DNA from: Monocercomonoides exilis PA203
Lineage: Eukaryota > Protista > Preaxostyla
Length of the DNA stretch: 64,000 nucleotides
Assembly: GCA_001643675.2 (NCBI GenBank)
Contig: LSRY02000029.1
Span: 806,001 to 870,000 of the forward strand
Direction: 5' to 3'
The notes under the pieces were generated by a model that saw nothing but the letters and a program-made list of their open reading frames with translations, was not told where the DNA came from and searched no databases. Both the position numbers and the translations under genes were made by a program. Below, piece after piece: positions 50,626-61,322 of this stretch. Each line of letters opens with the position of its first letter. Position 1 is the first letter of the stretch.

Positions 50626-51107
50626 AAAAAGTTGTTCAACTTATATAGGCATTGTTGCATGTTGAAAAGCAATAAACGTAACAAATATTAAAATTTTGAA
50701 TTCGTCAAAAATTTAAAATTTGTTTTCACTAAATTCTGTCTGTTAAAAAAAAAAATGAAATTCTGGATACTGAAATGAAAAAATTTTTTTTTACCTTTAG
50801 AAACAATATTGCTTAATTGTTTTTTATATTTTTGGAATAAAATAGTGCATGTATTATTTGAAAATGAATCATAAGCTCTTCATTAAAAAAACAACTTTGA
50901 AAACCATGGAATATATTTGCATATCAACTTAAATAGGAAATGAGTGAAATGTTATGAAAAGATGCACATGTTTTTAAAACAATAATGATGATAATTAAAA
51001 TATTATTATTTATTATCTTTATTTTTCAAACAAAAATTTAAGAAAATGATCTTATGCTTTTTGTTGAATTTTTACGTTCAAAAAACATATAATATAAATG
51101 ATCAAGA

Positions 51108-54100
51108 ATGTTATTTTGCGTGTATCTTTGTATATTAACAATTATATATGCTACTTGTAATTCAAAGGAACCTATTATAAAATCTGTTACAATATTTCCA
51201 CCGACAGGTTCACAAATAAACCCTCGTTATTCACCTTTTTTTCAGTTTTATTTCGAAAATGAAAATCCTTCTTTATTCCTTTACGGTGGTGTTGACCACA
51301 AAGAAGAAATGGTTTCAGATGCATATACTATTAATCTCTTCCCATTCTTTTCATCACGTTTGATTATTCCCATGGGCTTCCCAAAGCCTTTTGTAAAGTT
51401 TTTTGCTCAATTCAAAGTGGGAAACACATTTTTCATTTGGGGCGGATGGAATGAAAATGGATTTTCAAATATGCTGTGGTCATTTGATATTTCATCGAAA
51501 GAATGGAAAGAATTGGATGAAGGGAAGACAATTCCAGAAGCAAGACATTCAATGGCATACGCATCAGATGGAGATAAACTGTATATTTTTGGTGGGATCA
51601 GTGCATCTGGACTTCTTAATGATATGTGGGAGTTTGACACACAAAACAACCAATGGAAAGAATTGAAAATAGTCACCGGAGAAGTTGGCCCTGAACCTTG
51701 CAGCGGAGCAGGTATGCTTGTTGCGAATGGATATGCTGTTGTTTATGGAGGAGACACTGGAGGAGATGATGACTTTTCACTCGATATGTTCAGAATAAAG
51801 ATTGACACAATTTCTTCTCAATCTTGGGAAGAAGTTGAAATAACTGATAAGAATGGAGATGCAAGCGACATTCCTTATTCTTGCTCCCAATTTGGTCAGG
51901 CAACATTTATTTCTTCGGATGGTGCATTTGCGTATATTCATGGTGGACGTCTATCAAACAATTTGTTCGATTATCAAAATTCGTTAATAATTCTTGATTG
52001 CAGTCAAGCCGTCAAAGGGGGAAATGATATAAAAACTGCAAAATATAAAGAAATTACATTTAACTTTCCGAAGTTGTTGTGTCTTTGCGGATGTACAACT
52101 GATTCAGATGGAAACCTTTTTATTTTTGGAGGGAAATCAAATAAATTCGCATCTGGAGAATTATTAGCTGTGATGAAAGAGGATTTATCTATTGACATTT
52201 CAGAAAATGCAATTCATTCTAAAGAAGCAAAAGAGCGAAGACAAAATTTCAGAAAGAAGATTATTAGTGAAGAATTTATAGAAACGAAGTCAGGTCAATT
52301 AAGCAAACATTCAAAATCAGAAAGCAATTCTCGTTTCAATTATTATGATAGTAATTCTCCGTTCATTCGTTTAATTTCAGTGTATGAACTTGGACCATCT
52401 CCACGTGTGAATCCTACAGTTGGAACATATGGTGATTCATTTTTTGTGTTTGGAGGACGAAATCCAGAAACAGGAGAAATTTTCAACGATTTGTATGGAT
52501 GGGGAACAGATATAAATCAGTGGGAAAGAATTACTCCAAAAGGAAACTCAGAAACGCCTCCCGCAAGAGAGCTTGCTTCATTATGTTGTGAAACTGATCG
52601 ATTTTTTATCTTTGGAGGCTTAGGACCGAACGCACAAACAGGAAAGGTGGAACCGTCAAATGAATTGTGGGAATTTTCTTTTCGTACGCATGAATGGAAG
52701 CAGTTGGGGAAAAAATCCAAGAATAAGCCAACACCTGTATTTGGTGCATCATCTGCCATCCATTTTAATTGCTTGGTTGTTTCTGGTGGAAAAAGTTTTG
52801 ATGACGTCAATCATCCTCCTTCGTCATATGTATTTTATTTTGGAACAGAAGAATGGAAAGAACTTCACTTCGTGGATTCAACATATAAGTCTGCCATTCT
52901 TTTTTTGAACAAGATCATTACAAAAAATAAAACAGAAAACACACAACTGCAAAGATATGAAAGTCATGAACGTAACTATATAGAAATGCCAAATATTTAC
53001 GAAAATAGTGAGAATATAAAAAGAGATTTGATGATATCAGATAATAAGCAAGTTGGAAGCGTCAGACAAAATATGAGCAATAATGATGAATCTACACATT
53101 CAAATCTAATTGTCATTGGAGGAATGGATGGCATTTCTCCAATGAAAGGGTTTAGATGTTATGATTTTGAAAAATTATTGAAAATAGGTAATTTTGATTT
53201 TACAAATATTTCTGGGAATAACGAAAATTTGAATCATATTTTTCACTATCAAGATGGGATGGCATTACCTTTTGAAAATAAAGTATTAATGTTCGGAGGG
53301 AGAAATGGAGATCGCGCAATGGATACTTTCAAAGTTGTAGAATTCGATAAGTATGGCCATGCAACTGTGACCGAAGATGATGGAACAGAACTTAAAAACG
53401 GTATTCATCTCGATGTGGTTGAAGCTGGATGTTCAATTTTTCAAAATAACATTATTTGTTTCGGTGGAAGGCAAATACATAAAGGAAGAACTATCATGCC
53501 ATTTGCAATTGATACAATTCGTAATATTAGTCTTCAAGATAATGTTTTAGGCTGTTCAGAAGGATATTTCAAGAATAAGGAAAAATGTGAAAGATGTAAA
53601 GAAGGAACTTATTCAGATGGAAAAAATCGAACGGCTTGCATTCCTTGCCCCGCAGGAACGTTTGGAATATGGGAGGGTGCTCGAGAATTTGAATGCGAAT
53701 TTGCTCAGGCTGGAACATTCACAAACACTTCTGGTTTATCAAGTCCAATTAAATGTGAAACTGAACAGTATTGTCCAATTGGCTCAGCATCAAATAATAA
53801 TACAATGCCAACTACCGATCCTTCGAGAACAACTCAACCTCAATTATACAGTGAGCCATCGAAATTGGTGACTGCGATAAATATTATTTCATATGTTGCT
53901 ATGGCTGCTTTTGGTTTTATGGTTGCTCTGTTTCTTCTATGCTTTCGAACAAAATCGTGCATGTGGAAACTGGATGGCTATTCAAGCAAGTATAATGACT
54001 CTCTTGATCCACATACGCACTCTTCAGTCAAACAAATAAGAAAAACAACATTTGGAGGATTTGTTTCGATTGTTGCCATCTTTTTTGTTGCTGGCGTTGT

Positions 54101-55204
54101 TCTTTCGAATATTTTGGGTTTTTTCTTATTCAACATTGCTGAGACAAGGACAACAGTCGATGCTTCAACAGAAAGTCATATATTAGAACATTTCACAAAC
54201 AATCACGTTCTTGTTGAACTTACTTTGATGGACTATACCGGTGAATGTGTTGGACCTGTGAATAAAGAGATTTATGAAAAATCTGATAAGTGTTCAGACA
54301 AGTTAGGATTGGGGAAAACATCATTTAATCCATATGGTATGTGTCTGTTTTTTACTGTTAATAAAATTTTTAAATATTTTTTTTGATGTATTCATTAAAA
54401 ATATTCCATTTAGGATTGAAAAAAGATAGAAATTTACTTTTCACACCGACTTGCACTCAAATTCATTCCACTAATTATTATTATCCTCCAACACATAATT
54501 GCAAGATTACTCTTGAAGGTGAAAACGTAAATGTTCCATTGAAAAATGTTCAGATGGACATTTTTTCCATGTTTTCCTCAGAAAGAAATGTTTCTTGCAG
54601 AGCAATAAAAGTCTTCGCATCTGTTGATTCTGCTGTTCCTGAGCAACATAACCTGAAATTTGGTCCAAAAAATTTTAAATCTTCAATTGAAGATATTATT
54701 TTGAGTGGCAATAAATCAGTATTCAGTGGTCCAGTATCAACGAACGTGACGTTGGAGCTTGTCCCATCTATTTATAAAAGAAATGTCGCTTTGAAAACAA
54801 ATATGGAAGAAGAAGGCCATCTCATCAACCACATTTCATTTGATAACGGATCCTTTTCAAATTATCCAAACATATATTATAACTTCGGGCTGGGCGTCAA
54901 TATAAAATTCAAGCTGGAAAAATATGTGGTTATCACTCAACATTCAATGAAGATATCTTGGGTAACATTTTTTTCATCTCTTGGTGGGTCTTTTGTTTTC
55001 TTTGGATATTTTGGTAACATTTTGCCCGTATTTGAAATGTTAATGAACATTAAATGGCCATGTGGGAAAAAAGGGACAAATAAAGTTACTGCAATGTTTC
55101 ATGATTCATATAGAAAAACAAACAAAGGAGAAACAAACAGAGAGTATATCGAAGAAATGAAGTCAATGAATGAAGAGCCTCTTTCCTTGAGTTCTTTAGT
55201 TTGA
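51108..55204 (+). CDS. Kelch-repeat + Cys-rich (GCC2/GCC3-like) multi-pass membrane protein, 1339 aa; intron 54337-54413
   Basis: Signal peptide and many kelch motifs (LYIFGG..NDMWEFD..W). C..C..GTYS....C.PCPAGTF repeats. Three hydrophobic helices (~53870-53945, ~54050-54135, ~54955-55040). The phase-1 GT-AG intron joins the two ORFs. Confidence 0.85.
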
Positions 55205-55358
55205 GTGTTTTTGTATTTTCAGTTGTGAGATTCTTTTTGGAACAAATTTTTTATTTGAATATTTCTTTATGGCACTGTTTTTGTATTTGTTTGCCAACTG
55301 CAGAAAAGCATTTGATGAGTAAACGTTTTTATATATCCATTTTCAATCTGTTTAGAAC

Positions 55359-55410
55359 TTTTTTTTTTTTTTTTTTTTTTTTTTGTTTGTTTGTTTGTTT
55401 GTTTGTTTGT
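55359..55410 (+). repeat. T26 run followed by (GTTT)6
   Basis: Directly visible. Confidence 0.8.
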
Positions 55411-55816
55411 CTTTGTTATTCTAATAGAAATTGAGAGTTTTTGTTTATTTTAAAGTTGCTTTTACAAGGCAAAATAATATTTTTTTTTCCAAAAATTTAA
55501 AATTGAGTGTCTGATTATGTTTGCGTTTACTCATTTGTAATTCAAGTTTAAAGTTTTACACATTCTTTTCATTGAAATCTATTCAATTCGAATATTTAAC
55601 AACATGCAAGTAGAGGTCTGTTTAATATATATGTTTATACACCAAAAATTATTCAAAATGAGAATTTTTGCATTCAAAAAAAAATTTGCAAACAAATGAA
55701 TAATTTTTTCAAACGAAATAATAATTGTTTAAAACTAAACATAATTTTATTCCATCTTTCACGAAATTTTGTGATAATCCTTTTTTCACTTTTGAATCTG
55801 AGATCATTTTGTGCAG

Positions 55817-55817
<1 letters not shown>

Positions 55818-55853
<36 letters not shown>
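55818..55853. repeat. (TA)18 microsatellite abutting the MITE
   Basis: Directly visible. Confidence 0.9.
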
Positions 55854-55857
<4 letters not shown>

Positions 55858-56815
55858 GGTTTTTTTATCCGGACATTTTTTTTTATTGGCGTGTCTCACC
55901 AAATAAAAACTAAAAACAAAAAAAGCATATTGCACCAGGTTTGAGCACGTATTAAATGTTCATATAAAAAAATTTTTTGTCAATTTTTGTTTTTGATGAA
56001 GATCTTGAGAATTTTTAATTTATTTTTGATCATTTGTTTTGCTCGTTTTTAATCGACTCTCTTTTTCTGTCAGTTTTTAGCTACTGGACCATGAATCATT
56101 CATAATTATCATATATAATTTCAAATCTTTTTTGTTTTTTCTTATTTTTTCACGAGTTTTTCGCATTTCATTGTTTTTGAAGAAAATTATAAAAAACTCA
56201 TATTTTCTCAATTGTTTTTTGTTCTTTCAATAAAAATATTAAAATTTTGTGCAAATTAGATAAAAATGCATTGCTACTCAAAATTGTTTGTCATATTTCA
56301 TAAAATCAAAAACAAAATGAGCAATTTTGTCAAAATGAAAAATTGATTTGTACTGCTAAAGCAGCAACATTAAACAAAATTTTCACGTTGTGCATATTTA
56401 CTGCAAGCATTTATCTTTTCATGCACCCCACGAAAAACATCTAATAAATATTGTGTTGCTCATTATTTTCAGATTTTTATAATTTTCTTCAAAAACAATG
56501 AAATGCGAAAAACTCGTGAAAAAATAAGAAAAAACAAAAAAGATTTGAAATTATATATGATAATTATGAATGATTCATGGTCCAGTAGCTAAAAACTGAC
56601 AGAAAAAGAGAGTCGATTAAAAACGAGCAAAACAAATGATCAAAAATAAATTAAAAATTCTCAAGATCTTCATCAAAAACAAAAATTGACAAAAAATTTT
56701 TTTATATGAACATTTAATACGTGCTCAAACCTGGTGCAATATGCTTTTTTTGTTTTTAGTTTTTATTTGGTGAGACACGCCAATAAAAAAAAATGTCCGG
56801 ATAAAAAAACCACCC
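55854..56815. mobile_element. Non-autonomous foldback/MITE DNA transposon, 962 bp, 342-bp terminal inverted repeats, flanked by TA (Tc1/mariner-like)
   Basis: 55854-56195 is the reverse complement of 56474-56815 (GGGTGGTTTTTTTATCCGGACA ... TGTCCGGATAAAAAAACCACCC). The core is 278 bp with no ORF in the track. TA occurs on both sides. Confidence 0.85.
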
Positions 56816-58048
56816 TATTTAAATTATTGCATTTGTTGTATCTGAGTTAATGAATGAAGCAAAGCTGAAGAAGACTGTGAAGGAGATGCAAAAGGTGATG
56901 AAGAAGATCTTATGGAAATTTCCAATGTCGGATATCTTCTAACATATAATATTCTCATTATCACAATCTTGCCCTTTGCTCTTGTGGATAATCCTTCAAT
57001 AGCAAAAGACTGAAGATGAAGTCATTACGACTCAAATTCATTTTTCCTGGCATTTGCCTTCAGCTGCCTGAATAACTCCAAACTGATATTTTTTCTTGTA
57101 ATTTTGGCTCTCAAGCAAAACAATCAAATGCCATTCTACCCCTCTCCTCAGTTCAGTAAATCAATGCCTTGCCCTTCTCATCCCAAGAAAGGCGCCTTGC
57201 CCTGTCCCAACTGCCTCCAATGTCCTGTTTCAGTTATTTGCCCCAATCTCTCCAACAAAATTTTTTCTGAAAATGTCCTCTTCTTCTTCAAAAGGTGCTT
57301 CCTTTTCATAGAGTTTGGACATTCTTCCTTTTTGTTTTTAACGTCTTCCAATCCCGATGATTTCTGATCTATTAATTTTCATTCTTCATCGCATTTCTAT
57401 CCATCGCGCATGTTGAGTCCATGATAAGAAACATAAATATTTGTAACAAAATATGTTCAGGCTCTAATATATTTGTAAGATAATGTTTGTCTCTATTCTT
57501 CGCTGTTCTGCTCTGCAAAGAATAGATTATCCATTTTATAAAAATTTCTGAATCATGACTTTGGAGAGGATACGGATGGAAATATCTTAGCAATGAATAA
57601 ACAAATAAAAAATACATGCATTACGTTTTTTTGTGTGATTGATGAAATTGTTGTGTTCCCTTTGTTCACTCAATTTCAAAAACAATCATACAGAATTCCA
57701 AATTATTGCATCTCCATCATTTCCAGCTGTCATCATAGGAAATAATATTTCAAATTCTATAGATAATGTTCACTCATTGAACTCTCAATCAGTGCATAAA
57801 TATTCCAGTTTTAAGAAAATTATTTGATCATGGAATCCATAACAACAAACCGAATTAATTTGTACATTTTTTTCTTAATAATCACTTTCCAAAAGTACCA
57901 AGACGATAAAGAATGGTGTGAACACGACATTTTTAATGACTATTTTTGAGATCTTGTTATTCATTGATGTCATCAATCCAAACAAATGGCATGTTCAATG
58001 TGAATGATAAAAATTTTATTGTTTTGTGAATAAAATATTCTTATAAAA

Positions 58049-59459
58049 ATGCAGGAGATGGACAATACAAAAAAGTTCACAGGCTTGCATTCATTGTTGC
58101 ATTTGAATTCATAATGATGGATTTTTTTTTTCATTTTTTAATTTAGAATTGTTTTCTGAGCTTGAATATTGCGATGAGGAAGAACAAAGAAAGAAAATCG
58201 AAGAAATGAATGAAATAATTGATGGAATGAATAAAGAAGAATTTGAATCAGTATTCACAAAAGAATTTTACGATCAAATAGAAAAAATAATTAAAGAAAA
58301 GAAAATGAGCAAGGAAAATGCAATCGGATTTGTGAAGCAAATAGGATATTGCAATAAGTTGAAAAATTTTTGGAATGAAAGTTTTATATTTTCTTCGCTG
58401 ATCAGTAGATTTGAAAGGATGATGATTGACGAAGATCAAAAAAACGAAGGAAGAAACGAAAAACTTCTGATTGACCTTTGTGAAGCCTATCAAATGAATA
58501 CTCTGTATATGACAGATGAAATTCTTCGCATTAGTATTCGCTGCATTTTGAAAGTTGCCTTGAAGAAAGAGGTTAACGAAGAAACACAAAAAGAAGTGGA
58601 AATGGCTTTGCTTTCTCTGAGAGATGTTAGGCATTGCGTATGAGCATTTATATTTCATTTTTGGTGCTGTTGAATGTTTTTCTTTCTTTCTTTCTTTAAT
58701 TAGAGAGTGTCAGAAGAATTGTATTTGAATGATATGACAGAAATAATCAAACATCATCAAGAACATCGTAACCTAACACGACTTGCGTATGAATCTGGCT
58801 GGGAATTCTTGGTTGGATTACTTCGCCAAAATAAAAATTTGGAAAAAGTCATTACGAACGAATTGCATTTTATTAGAGAAGTAAGTAGAGAAATGGAAGA
58901 GCTGGCTGGGTATATGGATTGGAAAAGAAAAAAAGAAGAGGAAAAAGGAAAAGAAATGGAAAATAAACGAGTTTTAGTGAGATTGCTTCAAACATTGATT
59001 TATTTCTTCTACAATTGCAAACTATGGAATGAAGAATTTGATCAGCTTATTGAAAGCGCAATGAAAGTTTTTCGATTGGCAAATGATAATCACAGAAGAA
59101 TTCAATGTGAATGTATTACACTTTTTGAAGCAATCGCAGGAAGTAAAGCAATACAAAATGATAATTTGCAGAAAGGCGGGATTGTTGAAATTACTTTGGA
59201 AGAAATTTTCCGCGTCGGTACAATAGATTCCATATTTGATCGTTATTTGGGTATTTTCAGCCTCATTTGCAATCGAATAAAGAGGAAAACTGGAAATGAA
59301 AAAGAAGATGCAAAACTGCAAATATTGAAAAGAAAGTTGTTTGATAAGTTGGAGGAAGAAGGATTCGAAGAAATAATTGAAGCTTATTTTGTTCTGCTTG
59401 ACGACCTGCGTGAAGAAATTTTTGGCTTAAATGAATTAGCTTATTATTTTGTTTATTAG
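58049..59459 (+). CDS. Helical (ARM/HEAT-like) repeat family protein, paralogue 1; exons 58049-58082, 58147-58637, 58704-59459
   Basis: KKFTELFSELE.CDEEEQRKKIEEMN...LKVALKKE.NEETQKEVEMALL...EELYL....EIIKHHQEHRNLT.LAY...LEEEGFEE is collinear with the downstream paralogue. Intron 2 is GT-AG; intron 1 appears to be GC-AG. Confidence 0.8.
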
Positions 59460-59939
59460 TGAATCATATCCCAGTTTCGGTTTCATTCACATTAAAGTTG
59501 GATCTCATAATAAAAGGTGAATGAAGACAAATGGGACAAAATTTTTATTTTTTGAAAATTGTTCCACACTTCACTTTCCAAAATATTTCACAATTTTTTA
59601 ATTTTCCTTAATTTTTTTCAAGAGAATTCGAGACTTATTATGATATGACAGCAGAAAAAATTTGGAGCAAATTGTTATTATTTTCTTTAATGAAAATATA
59701 TACCCCTAAATGGAATATTAATGCCCATAATACAATATTACTTATATTCATTCGAATGTTTTGGGTGCGTCCACAGGTTTGTTCAGTTTTAATATGAGTT
59801 TTAATGTTTGCATTAATATTTATTTGTCATAAATATTTGTATGTGCATAAATATTTCAAACATTAAATGCTTTTTCAAATTTTTATTCTATTGAAATGGA
59901 TTTTTTGTTTTAAATACTAAAGTCTCAAGCTGTTCAAAA

Positions 59940-61322
59940 TTGTTCCAGTATGAGCATTCTCCAATTTTAGAAAATATGTGTGTTAACGATATTTTACTAC
60001 TTTTCTTTTCAGAACTCCTTTCAGAACTTAATGGTTGCTCGGATTCAATACAGAAGCAGAAAATTGAAGAAATTAATAGTTTAATGGGGGAAATGGATGG
60101 AAACGATCTTGAGGGTATTATTATTGGGACAAAATATGGAACTTTATTGACGCTTCTTGGTACAAATCAATTGTCATTGGAAAATGCAGTTTTATTTTTG
60201 AGGTGCATGAAATATTACGCGGAATTAAAGTGTTTCTATCGTAATTATCTAAATTTTTCGTTAGTGCATAACGTTCTCGAAGGGATAATTTTTAGCGAAG
60301 CTCAGAAAAAAGGAAAATGCGAAGAAAAGCTTTTTGTTGATCTTTGTGAATGTTATCTTTTGCTTCATGATTCAGAAATTAACAAAGAAATAAATCATAT
60401 TTGCATTCCTTGCCTTCTGAAAGTTGCGTTATGCAAGGAAGTTAATGAAATAGTGCAAAAGGAAGTAGAAATTGCTTTGCTGGCTTTGAGCAATATTGGA
60501 ATTTTAATGGTGTGAAATTGTGTTATTTCTGTGAGCTTATAGTTTTCACTCGTTATCAATTAGGAAGTTGAAGAAGAACTTTATTTGAAAGAAATAAAAG
60601 AGATTATCCTGTATCACAAGGAACATCACAATCTGACTCATCTTGCGTATCTTTCAGCCTGGAAATTTTTGATTAACAGATTATTTTGCAATAACAATTT
60701 GGAAGGCTTAGTCACAAATGAGCTACTTTTTGTAAGAGAGATGAAAAGATTAATTGAAGAACTGGTAAGATGTGTTAAATGGGAGGATAAGGAACTGGAA
60801 GATTCAAAAGAATTGAGAGTTGTAAGGGGAATGATTCAATTTTTGAGTGATTATTTTCGCTTTTACAAATTAATTAAAGGCGACGAGTGTGTTGATTTAA
60901 TAAAGAGCATAGTAGGTCTGTGCACCTTAGCAAAGGATTTCGATGGGAAAATCTTGTTTCATGGGATCCAAGCATTTAAATGGATGGTAGAAAATCAATC
61001 AGTTCAAGCTGATTGGTTGGTAAAAGGTGGGGCTATTGACTTCGTATTGGGAAGGTTGTGTGGAGCATCAAATGATTATGCGATAAAAATGTTCTGTTTA
61101 AATTTCTTTTCCGCATTGTCAGAAAAGCTTTACGAAAACATCGCTCATAATGAAAAAGAAGAAGATGAATCAAGTGAAAAGTCAGCAAAAAGAGCTCTGA
61201 TCGAAAGGATGGAGGAAGAAGGATATGAAGACATTGTTTTCAGCTTTATTGGAATTCATGATGAATCCAGATTTCCTTACCAAGCTTCTAATGATCCGAA
61301 CGAATTTTTTATATTCAATTAA
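59940..61322 (+). CDS. Helical repeat family protein, paralogue 2 (intron 60510-60563; first exon unresolved)
   Basis: Same motifs (QKQKIEEIN, LLKVALCKEVNEIVQKEVEIALLAL, EELYL.EI.EII.YH.EH.NLT.LAY, MEEEGYED) and the same intron position as paralogue 1. Confidence 0.72.

Noticed and set aside
56860-57420. Possible minus-strand coding remnant right of the MITE
   Set aside because: Coding-like composition but several stops and no recognisable motif; too weak to call.
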